Source: an uncultured Desulfobacterales bacterium (GTDB lineage: Bacteria; Desulfobacterota; Desulfobacteria; Desulfobacterales; SpSt-501). Taken from it: DNA of 64,000 nt. The stretch covers positions 41,815-105,814 of the forward strand of contig CALIUY010000022.1 in assembly GCA_938048455.1 (NCBI GenBank). The letters run 5' to 3'. The position numbers and the translations under genes were made by a program. Shown here in pieces: positions 8,914 to 19,854 of the stretch. The notes under the pieces were generated by a model that had not been told where the DNA came from, did no database searches, and was given only the letters and a program-made list of their open reading frames with translations. Position 1 is the first letter of the stretch, and every line of letters begins with the position of its first letter.

Positions 8914-10823
8914 TTGTAGCTCCTTTGGGTCAGCGGCACGTGTTCGAACACGAGCGGCTCCTCGTGACGAACGGGCTCCCGCTCCAGGCCGGCGAACTCC
9001 CAGGCCGCCACATGGCAGTAGCGCTCGTCGTCCCGCCGGGCCTCGTTTTCCTCGGTCTGGTAGGCCTCGTTGAAATGGCCGCCGCAGGATTCCTGGCGGG
9101 CGAGCGCATCGAGAATCATCAGCTCGGCGAACTCCATAAAATCCGCGACCCGCCCCGCCTTTTCCAGACTCTGGTTCAGGTCGCGCCCGGCTCCGGGAAC
9201 GCGCACGTTGTGCCAGAATTCTTCGCGCAGCTCCTGGACCCGCGCCCGGGCCTTGGCCAGGCCCTCGTTGGTGCGCGACATGCCGCAATGGTTCCAGAGC
9301 ACCATGCCGAGCTCCCGATGCAGCTCGTCGACCGTGCGGCGGCCGTTGACCTCGAGCAGCCGGCGGATGCGTTCTTCGGCCTCGCGGGCGGTCGCGGCGA
9401 AAGCGGGGTCGGAGGCCGAGACGGGCTCGAGGGAGGTTCCCGCGAGATAGCCGCCCAGGGTGTAGGGGATGATGAAATAGCCGTCCGCCAGGCCCTGCAT
9501 GAGGGCGCTGGCGCCGAGGCGGTTGGCCCCGTGGTCGGAGAAATTGGCTTCGCCGAGGACGAAGAGCCCCTCGAGCGTGCTCATCAGGTTGTAGTCGACC
9601 CAGAGCCCCCCCATCGTGTAATGGACGGCCGGGTAGATCATCATCGGCGTCTCGTAGGGGTCGTCCCCGGTGATCTTCTCGTACATCTGGAAGAGGTTGC
9701 CGTACTTGCGCTCGATCACGGCCCGGCCGTCACGGCGGATGGCGTCGGCGAAATCGAGATAGACCGCCAGGCCCGTCTCCCCGACCCCCTTGCCCTGGTC
9801 GCACTGTTCCTTGACGTTGCGCGAGGCGACGTCGCGCGGGACGAGGTTGCCGAAGCTCGGGTACTTGCGTTCCAGGAAGTAATCCCGTTCGGCCTCCGGG
9901 ATCTGGTGCGGGGGTCGCTTGTCGCCGGCCCTTTTCGGCACCCATACCCGGCCGTCGTTGCGCAGGCTCTCGCTCATCAGCGTGAGCTTGGACTGGTAGG
10001 TGCCGTGCACCGGGATGCAGGTCGGATGGATCTGGGTGAAGCAGGGGTTGGCGAAGGCCGCCCCGCGCTTGTAGGCCCGGAAAGCGGCCGTGACGTTGCT
10101 CGCTTTGGCGTTGGTCGAGAGGTAGTAGGCGTTGCCGTACCCCCCGGTCGCCAGCACCACGGCGTGCCCCTCGTGGCACTCGATCTCCCCGTTCAGCAGG
10201 TTCCGGGCGACCACCCCGCGCGCCTTGCCGTGGACCACGACGATGTCGAGGATTTCGCGGCGGGGAAACAGGCGCACCCGCCCCGCGGCCACCTGCCGCA
10301 TCAGGGCCCCGTAAGCGCCCAGCAGCAGTTGCTGTCCGGTCTGCCCGCGCGCGTAGAACGTCCGCGACAGTTGGGCCCCGCCGAAGGAGCGGTTGGCGAG
10401 GAGCCCCCCGTACTCGCGGGCGAAGGGGACGCCCTGGGCGACGCAGTGGTCGATGATCGCGTTGCTGATCTGGGCCAGCCGATAGACGTTCGCCTCCCGC
10501 GCACGGAAGTCCCCGCCCTTCACCGTGTCGTAGAATAGCCGCCAGATGCTGTCGCCGTCGTTCGGATAGTTCTTCGCGGCGTTGATGCCTCCCTGGGCGG
10601 CGATGCTGTGGGCACGGCGCGGCGAGTCGTGGATGCAGAAGGTCTTGACGTTGTAACCCAGCTCTCCCAGGCTGGCCGAGGCCGATGCCCCGGCCAGTCC
10701 GGTGCCTACGACGAGGATGTCGAATTTCCGCTTGTTGGCCGGGTTGACCAGCTTGAGCTCGAAGCGGTGGCGGTCCCACTTCTGCGGCAGAGGGCCGCCG
10801 GGGATCTTGGCGTCGAGGCGCAT
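8910..10823 (-). CDS. sdhA: Succinate dehydrogenase/fumarate reductase flavoprotein
   Basis: [20 protein letters not shown] (covalent FAD His), HYTMGG, HGANRLG. Confidence 0.96.
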   Translation of the reverse strand: MRLDAKIPGGPLPQKWDRHRFELKLVNPANKRKFDILVVGTGLAGASASASLGELGYNVKTFCIHDSPRRAHSIAAQGGINAAKNYPNDGDSIWRLFYDTVKGGDFRAREANVYRLAQISNAIIDHCVAQGVPFAREYGGLLANRSFGGAQLSRTFYARGQTGQQLLLGAYGALMRQVAAGRVRLFPRREILDIVVVHGKARGVVARNLLNGEIECHEGHAVVLATGGYGNAYYLSTNAKASNVTAAFRAYKRGAAFANPCFTQIHPTCIPVHGTYQSKLTLMSESLRNDGRVWVPKRAGDKRPPHQIPEAERDYFLERKYPSFGNLVPRDVASRNVKEQCDQGKGVGETGLAVYLDFADAIRRDGRAVIERKYGNLFQMYEKITGDDPYETPMMIYPAVHYTMGGLWVDYNLMSTLEGLFVLGEANFSDHGANRLGASALMQGLADGYFIIPYTLGGYLAGTSLEPVSASDPAFAATAREAEERIRRLLEVNGRRTVDELHRELGMVLWNHCGMSRTNEGLAKARARVQELREEFWHNVRVPGAGRDLNQSLEKAGRVADFMEFAELMILDALARQESCGGHFNEAYQTEENEARRDDERYCHVAAWEFAGLEREPVRHEEPLVFEHVPLTQRSYK

Positions 10824-10853
10824 GGGTGCATTCTCCCTTCGGTGCCGCCCCGG

Positions 10854-11495
10854 CTACATCCGCGCGGCGACGAGAATCGGCAGCGCGCCGAATCCGATCG
10901 CCGTCCCGAAAGCGGCCACGAGGCTCAGGGCGAAGATCCAGGGCATGTACTTGGGATGGTGGAGGCCGAGGGTCTGGAAGGCGCTCCAGAAGCCATGCCG
11001 CACGTGCAAGGCGACGACGATCATCATCGCGCTGTAGAGGGCCAGGAGATCCGGTCGGCGGAAGGCCGCGACCACCCGCTCGAAGAGGGTGATCGAAGCC
11101 TTGTCCACGAAAGTGAAGTGGAAGAGGTGAAAGACGACGAAGGCGAGGATCAGCAGTCCCGTGTACGGCATGGTGCGGGAACTCAGGGTGCGGCCGCCGG
11201 CGCCGGCGGAAACCTGGTAGGCGACCGGCCGCGCCTTGCGGTTCTGGAAAAACAGGACGATCCCCGTCGTGATGTGGACGAGGGCGCAGAGGATCAGAAC
11301 GGCGCGGAAAAGGTGCAGGATCGGACCCAGCGATTGCAGCCGCTCGGCGTAGCCGTTAAAGGCGTCGGGCCCGCCGAAGACGGTCAGGTTGCCTGCGAAA
11401 TGGGCGGCGAGAAAACCGAGAAAGGCGCATCCGGTTGCGGCCATCAGCCATTTCTTGCCGACCGAAGATCCCAAGAGAGAGAACAACCAGCTCAT
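10854..11495 (-). CDS. sdhC: SDH/FRD cytochrome b subunit (5-TM, diheme type)
   Basis: GKKWLMAATG, several TM His residues, HGFWSAFQTLG. Confidence 0.92.
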   Translation of the reverse strand: MSWLFSLLGSSVGKKWLMAATGCAFLGFLAAHFAGNLTVFGGPDAFNGYAERLQSLGPILHLFRAVLILCALVHITTGIVLFFQNRKARPVAYQVSAGAGGRTLSSRTMPYTGLLILAFVVFHLFHFTFVDKASITLFERVVAAFRRPDLLALYSAMMIVVALHVRHGFWSAFQTLGLHHPKYMPWIFALSLVAAFGTAIGFGALPILVAARM

Positions 11496-11558
11496 CGTCG
11501 CGGCCCCCGGTGTGTGTGTCCGTAAAGAGGGATAGCTAAACCGCTGGTCGGGGATTTG

Positions 11559-12155
11559 TCAACCACCGACGGGAGGATCGCCGCCGGCGGTTCTTTCGGC
11601 CTCCTGGGCTTCCGCGGCCGGACGCCACCAGGCGTCCCGGGGGGTCTCGAGAACCGCCCGGGCGAGGGATTTCCCGGCCTCGGTCTTCAGCCGGCCCAGA
11701 ACGTAGGACAGCCACTCGCGGGGCCCCGAAAAGCCGATGTCCTGGAGGTCTTTGAGGTCGATGATCAGGCTCAACTGATCGGCATCCCGGGCGAGTGCCG
11801 CCTCCGGGCTTCGGCCGGATCGAAATTCGGCCAGCAGCTCCTGCAGTTCCGCTGCGAACGGCAGCCCCTGGGCGAGATCCGCCGCGGCCCGCTCTTCATC
11901 GGCGCGGACGTAATGCTTGTGCACCGAGTTCAGGTCCCCGGTTCGTGCCTCGGGCAGGTCATGGACCAGGCAGAGCGCGAGGACCCGGCCCACGTCCGCG
12001 CCGGGGGTTGTCTGCGCCAGACTCCAGCCGATCAAGGCGGTCATGTAGACATGCTCGGCGACCGTCTCGCGGCCGGATCCCAGGAAAGGATAGCCCGAGC
12101 GGGGAACCTGCTTGAGCATGCGGGCTTCGAAAAGAAACCGAGCGATGCGTTTCAT
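11559..12155 (-). CDS. HD-domain phosphohydrolase (YfbR/HDDC2-like)
   Basis: LKQVPRSG, ETVAEH, LVHDLPEARTGD, DADQL. Start placed at MKRIARFL (12155). Confidence 0.85.
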   Translation of the reverse strand: MKRIARFLFEARMLKQVPRSGYPFLGSGRETVAEHVYMTALIGWSLAQTTPGADVGRVLALCLVHDLPEARTGDLNSVHKHYVRADEERAAADLAQGLPFAAELQELLAEFRSGRSPEAALARDADQLSLIIDLKDLQDIGFSGPREWLSYVLGRLKTEAGKSLARAVLETPRDAWWRPAAEAQEAERTAGGDPPVGG

Positions 12156-12274
12156 GAGGATTCCTTTCGCTTCTCCGGCTCGGTTGGGGGGCGGTCCCCC
12201 GCACCGGCTCGCCGCCGGCGTTTTTTGGCTTGCTATGACGCTCGAAGGAAAAAAGCAATCGCTTTTGGAAGGTT

Positions 12275-12302
12275 TTGACTTTTTCCGCTTTTCATCTACA
12301 AT
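12275..12302 (+). promoter_or_regulatory. Putative sigma70 promoter of the tol-pal operon
   Basis: TTGACT-N16-TACAAT in an AT-rich intergenic patch. Confidence 0.6.
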
Positions 12303-12468
12303 AGATCGATTTACAGTCAACCGCCGCTGCGGTATCCCGTTGGGGCCTTCGGCCTCGGGCGTCGGCGGCGGAAGGAGCCGGGTGGAAACCGGCCGCACGT
12401 TGTTCCGTCCTGCGCGACCTCACGTTCCGCAACCCGGAAAAAACCTTAAGGAGGATCGAACGCGACGC

Positions 12469-13227
12469 ATGGACTTTTCATCCCTCGATTTGATCCTGAT
12501 GATCCGCAACGCGGGGCTGGTCGTCCAGCTGGTGATGGCGATTCTGCTGTTTTTCTCCGTCGCCACCTGGGCGATTATCGTCGTCAAGTTCCGCTACATC
12601 CGCCGGGCGTTTCGCGAGTCCGCCGAGTTCAGCGAGTATTTCTGGAAGAGCCGCGATTTCTCGAGCGCCTTCGCCAAGGCGAAGAGCCTGCCGGGAAGCC
12701 CGCTCGCCCGGATCTTCCGCATCGCCTACTTGGAGCTGAAGAAAACGAGCCAGCTCGGGGAAAGCCCGGAATCCCCCGCCGGAGCCGCCCCTCCCTCCCC
12801 CCAGTTCAGCTTCGGGGCGCGGCTGGCGGCGACCGACAACGTGAAGCGCGCCCTGCGCCGGGCGATCAATACCGAGATGACGCGGATGACCCAGCTCGTT
12901 CCCTTTCTGGCCACGACCGGCAACACGACCCCGTTCATCGGGCTGTTCGGGACGGTCTGGGGCATCATGAACTCGTTTCATGGGATCGGCTTGAAGGGCT
13001 CGGCCAATCTGGCGGTCGTCGCCCCGGGGATCTCCGAGGCGCTGGTCGCCACGGCGGCCGGCCTGGCCGCCGCCATTCCCGCGGTGATCGCCTACAACTA
13101 CTTCATGAGCAAGATCCGCATCGTGGAAACCGAGTTCCAGAGCTTCTCGGCCGATTTTCTGAACATCGTCGAGCGGGACATTCTGCGGGTCGAAAGGAGG
13201 CGCGATGAAGGCCGGCGACAATCCTGA
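12469..13227 (+). CDS. tolQ: TolQ
   Basis: TPFIGLFGTVWGIM, VAPGISEALVATAAGL. ATG at 12469 follows AAGGAGG. Confidence 0.93.
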   Translation: MDFSSLDLILMIRNAGLVVQLVMAILLFFSVATWAIIVVKFRYIRRAFRESAEFSEYFWKSRDFSSAFAKAKSLPGSPLARIFRIAYLELKKTSQLGESPESPAGAAPPSPQFSFGARLAATDNVKRALRRAINTEMTRMTQLVPFLATTGNTTPFIGLFGTVWGIMNSFHGIGLKGSANLAVVAPGISEALVATAAGLAAAIPAVIAYNYFMSKIRIVETEFQSFSADFLNIVERDILRVERRRDEGRRQS

Positions 13228-13648
13228 CGGGTTTCTCTCCGAGATCAACGTCACGCCCTTCGTGGACGTCATGCTGGTGTTGCTGATCATCTTCATGGTG
13301 ACGGCGCCCATGATGAGCCAGGGGCTCGACGTGGCGCTGCCCCAGGTGACGGCCAAGCCGCTCGAAACCAAAGACGAACAGCTCATGGTCACGGTGAACC
13401 GCGAGCGGCAGATTTTCATCAACGATTTCGCCGTGGATCTGGAAACGCTCGGCGACAAGCTCGGAAAGATCGTCCAGGGCAGGGCGAACGCCGAGGTGTA
13501 TCTCAAAGCCGATCGCGAGGTCCCTTACGGGGTGGTGGCCGCGGTGATGGCCCAGATCCGGGAGGCGGGCGTCGAGAAGCTCGGCATGGTCACCGAACCG
13601 CCGCCCGCGGAAAAAGACTCCCGCAAGAGCAAACCGAAACGCGGATGA
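13205..13648 (+). CDS. tolR: TolR
   Basis: EINVTPFVDVMLVLLIIFMVTAP, KADREVPYG. Confidence 0.95.
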   Translation: MKAGDNPDGFLSEINVTPFVDVMLVLLIIFMVTAPMMSQGLDVALPQVTAKPLETKDEQLMVTVNRERQIFINDFAVDLETLGDKLGKIVQGRANAEVYLKADREVPYGVVAAVMAQIREAGVEKLGMVTEPPPAEKDSRKSKPKRG

Positions 13649-14562
13649 GCGCTTTTCTTCGCCAGGGTCGACCGCGAGGGGAAATGCCCGACGCTCCGGA
13701 CCCCGCTCTTTGGCCGGGGATTGCGGTATCCTTCTTGCTCCACGCGGCGGTCGTGTTGCTGCTCCTGAACGCACCTTCGCTGGGCTCGACCCCGCGGATC
13801 CCGCCGGGGGGGGCGATCCACGTCAACCTGGTCTCCTCCGCAGGACCCGGCGGGCCGCCGGGGCCGCCCGCAGCGCAGCCCGAGGCCGCGGTCGCCGAAA
13901 AGCCTCCGGCCCCCGCGACGCCTCCGGCCCCCGCACCGGCGCCGGTCCGGGAAACCCCGCCGCCGGCCGCGGCCCGTGCCGTCCCGGAGCCCCCCCAGCC
14001 GGAAGTTTCGCTCGCGCCGAAGCCGATGAAGGAAAAGAAATCGCTCAAGGAGGCCACCCAGGACCCGCGCAAGCTGATCGATCGCGCGATCGAGCGCATC
14101 GAAAAGAAGGTGGCCGAACCCGAGTCGGGGACATCGGTCGCGCAGGCGATCGAGCAATTGAAAAAGAAGCTTGCCGAGGAGGAAAAACGGACGGCCGCCG
14201 CCGGCTCCGGTGCCGCGGGGAGCGGAGGCGGTGCCGGGGGAGGAGGGGGAGGGGCAGGGGGGCCCATCACCCCCGTCGACATCTACCGGGCGACGATCGC
14301 CGCCCAGATCGAACGCAACTGGGCCTTTTCGCCCCAGCTGGCCGGCGGCAACCGCAACCTGCGGGTGGGGCTGGTCTTCAAAGTCTTGCCGAACGGCGAG
14401 ATCACCGACATCCGCTTTACCGAACGCTCGAACAACGCTTATCTCGACGATTCGGCCTACAAGGCGATTCTCAAATCGAATCCCGTCTCCCCGCATCCAC
14501 CCTCGGTGCGCGAGCCCTTCGTCCTGGTGGCGATCCGCTTCACTCCCGAGGGGATCCGGTGA
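13645..14562 (+). CDS. tolA: TolA (TM, Pro/Ala-rich linker, TonB-like C-terminal domain)
   Basis: SFLLHA TM motif, low-complexity linker, position between tolR and tolB. Confidence 0.85.
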   Translation: MSAFLRQGRPRGEMPDAPDPALWPGIAVSFLLHAAVVLLLLNAPSLGSTPRIPPGGAIHVNLVSSAGPGGPPGPPAAQPEAAVAEKPPAPATPPAPAPAPVRETPPPAAARAVPEPPQPEVSLAPKPMKEKKSLKEATQDPRKLIDRAIERIEKKVAEPESGTSVAQAIEQLKKKLAEEEKRTAAAGSGAAGSGGGAGGGGGGAGGPITPVDIYRATIAAQIERNWAFSPQLAGGNRNLRVGLVFKVLPNGEITDIRFTERSNNAYLDDSAYKAILKSNPVSPHPPSVREPFVLVAIRFTPEGIR

Positions 14563-14638
14563 AGAGGCGGAAGGCTTCCGCTTGCCAGGAGCTCCGGGAT
14601 CGATTACAAGGACCGGACGTGTCGGGCCCGGAGGTTTT

Positions 14639-15976
14639 ATGAACCGAAAGCCAACCCTGCGCGTCATGACCCGCGGCGCGTTCGTGTTGTTGTTTCTGCT
14701 CCTCCCGGCGTCCCTGTGGGCGCAATCGGAGAGCTACCCCTACATCGACATCCGCAATCCCTACTACCGCAAGATTCCTTTGGCCGTCCCGGCGTTCAAG
14801 ACGCAACCCGCCGGTCCGCGGGAGGAAGAAAACGCCCGTCGGGCGGCTGATCTGCTGGCCGCAAGCCTGGACTTCACCGGCTACTTCAAGCTGTTGGACC
14901 GTTCCGCCTTTCTGTTCGACCCTCAGAAAAGCGGCATCGCCATTCCTGAGATCGCGTTTTCCAACTGGACGCTCGTCGGGGCGGAGCTTCTCATCACGGG
15001 CCTCTTCGAACAATCCGGGGACGCCGTTTCGATGGAGCTTCGGCTCTTCGACACCATCCGCGGTCGGCAGGCGATCGGCAAGCGCTACACGGGAAGCCTC
15101 GCCGAAATCCGCCGCATGGTGCTGCGGTTCTGCTCGGAGGTGATCCTCCATCTCACCGGTAACCGCGGAATCTTCCACAGCCGCATCGCCTTCGTCTCCA
15201 CCGGCTCGGGAAAGAAAGAACTCTACACCTGCGAATTCGACGGGTTCAACCCGACGCGGCTGACCTATAACGAATCGATTTCGCTCTTTCCCTCCTGGTC
15301 GCATGACGGGCAGTACCTCGCCTACACCTCCTACAAAGGGGGAAAGCCCGACATTTACATCCGCAACCTCGCCGACAAACGCGAAACCGTCATCGCCCGC
15401 GAGGGATTGAACATTACGCCGGCCTGGGCCCCGGATCGACTGGAGCTCGCCGCCGCGCTCTCCTTTTCCGGCGATCAGGAGCTCTATCTGTTGACTGCCG
15501 CCGGGAAAGTGATTAGAAGATTGACCACCAGTCGGGCCAGCGATCTCTCGCCCGCATGGTCTCCGGACGGAAAACAAATCGCCTTCGTCTCCAACCGCAC
15601 CGGAGGGCCGCAAATTTTCGTTCTGGATCTCGAGTCCGGGGGCGAGCGCCGGCTGACCTTCGAAGGTCGTTACAACACACAGCCGAGCTGGTCGCCGCGA
15701 GGCGACCGTATCGCTTACGCCTGCCAGGTGGGTGGGCTACATCAGATCTGCGTGGTGGACGTCGACGGAAAAAACCTCATGCAGCTCACCCAGGGGCCGG
15801 GAGACAATGAGTCGCCGAGCTGGTCGCCGGACGGGAGCTTACTGGTGTTCAGCAGCACGCGCGAGGGACCCAGCCGGCTTTATGTCATGGGGGCGTTCGG
15901 CACCGATCAGCGTCGCCTGCTCTTGCTCAATGGAGAACAAATGAATCCCAGATGGTCCTCAGCGGTGTTCCACTGA
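14639..15976 (+). CDS. tolB: TolB
   Basis: Signal peptide, TolB N-domain, repeated PxWSPDG (PD40) propeller blades. Confidence 0.93.
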   Translation: MNRKPTLRVMTRGAFVLLFLLLPASLWAQSESYPYIDIRNPYYRKIPLAVPAFKTQPAGPREEENARRAADLLAASLDFTGYFKLLDRSAFLFDPQKSGIAIPEIAFSNWTLVGAELLITGLFEQSGDAVSMELRLFDTIRGRQAIGKRYTGSLAEIRRMVLRFCSEVILHLTGNRGIFHSRIAFVSTGSGKKELYTCEFDGFNPTRLTYNESISLFPSWSHDGQYLAYTSYKGGKPDIYIRNLADKRETVIAREGLNITPAWAPDRLELAAALSFSGDQELYLLTAAGKVIRRLTTSRASDLSPAWSPDGKQIAFVSNRTGGPQIFVLDLESGGERRLTFEGRYNTQPSWSPRGDRIAYACQVGGLHQICVVDVDGKNLMQLTQGPGDNESPSWSPDGSLLVFSSTREGPSRLYVMGAFGTDQRRLLLLNGEQMNPRWSSAVFH

Positions 15977-16028
15977 TCTCCATCCCTACATCCACCCACT
16001 CTCAGGACCCTACAAAGGAGGAAGGATC

Positions 16029-16544
16029 ATGCAGAAAAAACTCTGGATCGTCTTGGCGTTGCTGGTTGTCTTGCCCGGACTGCTCTTCACCGTATCCTGC
16101 CAAAAGAAAGTCCAGGCCCAGGCTCCGGCCCCGGCTCCGGCCCCGGCTCCGGCTCCGGCCCCGGCTCCGGCCCCGGCGCCGGCTCCCGCGGCCAAGCCCG
16201 ATGTGCCCGCTTTCATGACCGAGCGGATCTTCTTTGATTTCGACAAATCGGTGCTGAAACTGGAGGCCCAGGCGCTGCTTAAGAAAAAGGCCGAATGGTT
16301 GAAGGCCAATCCCACGGCCAAGCTGCTCATCGAGGGCAACTGCGATGAGCGCGGCACCAACGAGTACAACCTCGCTCTGGGCGAGCGGCGTGCCGAATCC
16401 GCCAAGAAATTCCTGGTGGACCTCGGGGTCGACGCCAAGCGGATCTCGACGATCAGCTACGGCGAGGAGCGTCCGATCGATCCGCGCTCCAACGAGGAAG
16501 CCTGGGCGAAGAACCGCAACTGCGGCTTCGTGATCAGCTGGTAA
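16029..16544 (+). CDS. pal: Peptidoglycan-associated lipoprotein Pal
   Basis: Lipobox [41 protein letters not shown]. Confidence 0.95.
   Translation: MQKKLWIVLALLVVLPGLLFTVSCQKKVQAQAPAPAPAPAPAPAPAPAPAPAPAAKPDVPAFMTERIFFDFDKSVLKLEAQALLKKKAEWLKANPTAKLLIEGNCDERGTNEYNLALGERRAESAKKFLVDLGVDAKRISTISYGEERPIDPRSNEEAWAKNRNCGFVISW
16122..16187 (+). repeat. Tandem (GCN-CCG)n repeat encoding (Ala-Pro)11 in Pal
   Basis: Eleven consecutive 6-nt units, mostly GCTCCG or GCCCCG. Confidence 0.9.
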
Positions 16545-16590
16545 GCTCACGGTTCGCCGACGCCGCAAGACGGCGCTTCCGGACACATCG

Positions 16591-16634
16591 AAGGACGGCA
16601 AACGCACGCGGGTGGCGTCGTTTGCCGTCCTTTT
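16591..16634 (+). terminator. Intrinsic terminator or stabilising hairpin after pal
   Basis: AAGGACGGCAAACG...CGTTTGCCGTCCTTTT. Confidence 0.7.
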
Positions 16635-16680
16635 CACCGCCCCCCGGCCGACGGGGCCGGGCGGAGTCGGGGGGAATGCG

Positions 16681-17529
16681 ATGAGGACGCTGGGAGTTTT
16701 CTTCACGGCCGCGGCGGTCGTCTTGCTGGCGGCCGGCTGTGCGACCCGACGGGATGTGGTGACGATCGACACCCGGCTCTCCGAAATTGAAATGCGCGAG
16801 AGCGAGGAACGCCGCCGGCGCGAGGAATTCGCCAAAGCCCGGGAAGCGAACGAAGCGGCGATCCGGCAGATGGCGGCCTCGTTGCGGGCCCAGATGGATG
16901 AGCTGCGCGATGAGTTGCGCGGGTTCCGGGGACGTCTCGAAGAGCTCGAATTCGCGCGCCAGCAGGCGAAAGCCCCCTCCGGCGAGGGCTCAGCCCCCCC
17001 CCGGGAGGATCGCTGGCAACGGCTCGAGGAATCGGCGCAGCAGCTTTCCCAGCGGATCGCGCGCATCGAGGAACATCTGAAACTGGATTCTGGCGCGGCG
17101 GCGCCGACCCGGCCCCCCGAGCCGTCGCGCATCCGTCCCGAGTCGGCGGCGGCGCCGAGCGAACAGGAACTCTACAGCCGTGCGAAGCAGTTTTTCGATC
17201 AGGGCAACATGCTGCAGGCCCGACGCTCTTTTGAAGAGATCCTGCAGCGCTACCCCCGCTCCGAGAACGCCGACAACGCTCAATTTTGGATCGCGGAGAC
17301 GTTTTACCGCGAAAAAGCTTACGAAAAGGCGATCCTGGAGTACCAGAAGGTGATCGAGAAATACCCGAAGGGCAACAAGGTTCCCGCCGCATTGCTCAAG
17401 CAGGGATACGCCTTTCTCGCTCTCGGGGACAAGGTCAATTCGCGCCTTCTTTTCGAAGAGGTGATCCGCAAGCATCCCCAGACGGCGGAAGCGCGGGCCG
17501 CGGCCGAGAAGCTGAAGGAAATCCGCTGA
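16681..17529 (+). CDS. cpoB: Tol-pal TPR protein CpoB/YbgF (lipoprotein)
   Basis: Lipobox LAAGC, coiled coil, ADNAQFWIAE...YPKGNKVPAALLKQG. Confidence 0.9.
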   Translation: MRTLGVFFTAAAVVLLAAGCATRRDVVTIDTRLSEIEMRESEERRRREEFAKAREANEAAIRQMAASLRAQMDELRDELRGFRGRLEELEFARQQAKAPSGEGSAPPREDRWQRLEESAQQLSQRIARIEEHLKLDSGAAAPTRPPEPSRIRPESAAAPSEQELYSRAKQFFDQGNMLQARRSFEEILQRYPRSENADNAQFWIAETFYREKAYEKAILEYQKVIEKYPKGNKVPAALLKQGYAFLALGDKVNSRLLFEEVIRKHPQTAEARAAAEKLKEIR

Positions 17530-17605
17530 TGAGGGCGAGAACCCCCGGCCCGCCGCCGCGCGGATCGTCGCTCCCCGATCCGGGGGACCACGTCGGGCCG
17601 GTGCC

Positions 17606-18172
17606 ATGGAGACCATCGTAGGCATCGATCCGGGGCTCGCCGCCACCGGCGTGGGCGTGGTGAGGGGCGAAGGCGCCCGGGTCACGGGATATGCGTTCGG
17701 CTGCATCCGCACCTGCGCCGAAGCCTCCGCCGCCGACCGCCTGCACGTCATTTTCTCCCGGCTCGAGACGCTCTTCGCCAAAGAGGCGCCGGACGCCGTC
17801 GTGGTCGAAGACGTCTATTCGCTTCCCGAGTATCCCCGTTCGGCCATCACCCTCGGCCAGGTCACGGGCATCGTCCTGCTGGCCGCCGCCCGCGCCGGTC
17901 TTCCCTGCCTGTCGGTCGCCGTGCGCGAAGCGAAACTGGCGCTCACCGGAAACGGCGGGGCTTCCAAGGCCCAGTTCGCCGAAGCGGTGCGTTCACGGCT
18001 CGCCCACCCCGAGGTGATCCGGCCCTCCCACGCCGCCGACGCCCTGGGACTGGCGCTGATCGGCCTGCTGCGGGGGCCGCTGGCGCTCCGGCGGATCGCG
18101 CTGAACTCCCGCAGGGGGGGGGGACGGCCTCATGTCTCCCGGTCCCCCGGGGCTTCTCCTCCAGAGGGATGA
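17606..18172 (+). CDS. ruvC: Holliday junction resolvase RuvC
   Basis: GIDPG, VVVED, TGNGGASK, HAADALG. Confidence 0.93.
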   Translation: METIVGIDPGLAATGVGVVRGEGARVTGYAFGCIRTCAEASAADRLHVIFSRLETLFAKEAPDAVVVEDVYSLPEYPRSAITLGQVTGIVLLAAARAGLPCLSVAVREAKLALTGNGGASKAQFAEAVRSRLAHPEVIRPSHAADALGLALIGLLRGPLALRRIALNSRRGGGRPHVSRSPGASPPEG

Positions 18173-18810
18173 TCGGCTATCTTTCAGGACGGATTCTGAA
18201 GAAAGCGGACGACCGGATTCTTTTGCTGGCCGGCGCCGTGGGCTACGAGGTGCTTCTGCCTCCCGTGGTGATGGAATCGCTCGCCGCCAAGCAGGTGGGC
18301 GATGAAATCTCCCTGCACATCGTCTATCAGCAATCCGAGCGGCAACCCCGCCCCCTGCTGATCGGCTTCAACCAGGACATCGAGAAAGAGTTTTTCCAGC
18401 AGTTCATCACCGTGGAAGACATCGGGCCGCAGAAGGCGCTCAAAGCGATGACCCTGCCGATCGGCGAGATCGCCCGGGCGATCGAGTCCCGCGACGTCAG
18501 CGCGCTTTCGCGGCTCAAGGGGATCGGCGGGCGCACGGCCCAGAAAATCGTAGCCACCCTCCAAGGGCGCATGGGCAAGTTCGCCTTGCTGCGGGCGGCC
18601 CCGGCCGCCCCGGCGCCGCCGCCCGCCGATATGATGCAACAGGTGCTCGAGGTCATGGTCGCCCAGCTGGGGCATCGCCGTGCCGATGCGATGCGCATGA
18701 TCGCCGCGGCCTTGAAGCGCCGCCCGGAGATCGCCACCCCGGAAGATCTCTTTGAGGAGGTCTATCGCGGCGAGCAGGCTCGCCGGCCGGAGGAGGAATC
18801 CGAGCGATGA
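18169..18810 (+). CDS. ruvA: RuvA
   Basis: MIGYLSG, VGYEV, HhH motifs ([16 protein letters not shown]). Confidence 0.9.
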   Translation: MIGYLSGRILKKADDRILLLAGAVGYEVLLPPVVMESLAAKQVGDEISLHIVYQQSERQPRPLLIGFNQDIEKEFFQQFITVEDIGPQKALKAMTLPIGEIARAIESRDVSALSRLKGIGGRTAQKIVATLQGRMGKFALLRAAPAAPAPPPADMMQQVLEVMVAQLGHRRADAMRMIAAALKRRPEIATPEDLFEEVYRGEQARRPEEESER

Positions 18811-19853
18811 GCGACGAGCTGCTTTTCGATTCCTCCCCCAAACGCGGCGGGATTCTCTGCCCCGCGGCCGGCGAAGAGGAGCACGAGCCGGAGATGATCA
18901 GCCTCCGGCCGCGGCGCCTGGAGGAATACGTGGGCCAGGCCGATGCGGTCGAGACCCTGCGGATTGCGATCGAGGCGGCCCGGCAGCGGGGGGAGCCGAT
19001 CGATCATGTGCTGCTCCATGGCCCTCCGGGTCTCGGCAAAACCACCCTCGCCCACATCATCGCCAACGAGACCGGAGCACGGCTCACCCTCACCTCAGGG
19101 CCGGCGCTCGAAAAAGGCGGCGATCTGATCGGCATCCTCACCCATCTCGAGGGCGGGGATATCCTGTTCATCGACGAAATCCACCGGCTGCCCAAACCGG
19201 TCGAGGAGCTTCTCTACCCGGCGATGGAGGACTTCGCCATCGACTTCGTCTTCGACAAGGGGGTTCATGCCCGCAGCCACCGCTTCCGCCTGCCGCGCTT
19301 CACCCTCGTGGGAGCGACGACCCGGGTGGGGCTGCTCTCCGCTCCGCTGCGCGATCGGTTCGGCATCTTTCGCAGCCTCGATTTCTACTCGCTCGAAGAC
19401 CTCGTTCGGATCACCCGGCGCTCGGCCGCCTTGCTCGGCGTTGCGCTGGGGGAAGAGGCGGCGCGCGAGCTGGCCCGGCGATCGCGGGGCACCCCGCGGA
19501 TCGCCAACCGCCTGCTCAAGCGCGTGCGAGACTACGGTCAGGTGAAGACCGGCGGAGTGATTGACGGGGCCGCGGTCCAGGCGGCCCTCGAGCTCGAAGG
19601 CGTGGACGCCCAAGGTCTGACGGAACTCGACCGCCGCTACCTCGAAACGGTCATCCGTTTCTATCACGGCGGTCCCGTAGGGATCGAAGCCATCGCCGCG
19701 ACCCTGCAGGAAGAGTCCGACACGCTGGTCGACATCATCGAACCCTACCTGTTGAAAATCGGCTTTATTCTGCGGACCTCCGCCGGACGCAAGGCCTCCG
19801 AAGCGGCCTACCGCCATCTCGGCTTCAGCGTGCAGCGGAAATTTTTTTCCTGA
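18807..19853 (+). CDS. ruvB: RuvB
   Basis: LRP...[36 protein letters not shown]. Confidence 0.97.
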   Translation: MSDELLFDSSPKRGGILCPAAGEEEHEPEMISLRPRRLEEYVGQADAVETLRIAIEAARQRGEPIDHVLLHGPPGLGKTTLAHIIANETGARLTLTSGPALEKGGDLIGILTHLEGGDILFIDEIHRLPKPVEELLYPAMEDFAIDFVFDKGVHARSHRFRLPRFTLVGATTRVGLLSAPLRDRFGIFRSLDFYSLEDLVRITRRSAALLGVALGEEAARELARRSRGTPRIANRLLKRVRDYGQVKTGGVIDGAAVQAALELEGVDAQGLTELDRRYLETVIRFYHGGPVGIEAIAATLQEESDTLVDIIEPYLLKIGFILRTSAGRKASEAAYRHLGFSVQRKFFS

Positions 19854-19854
19854 C

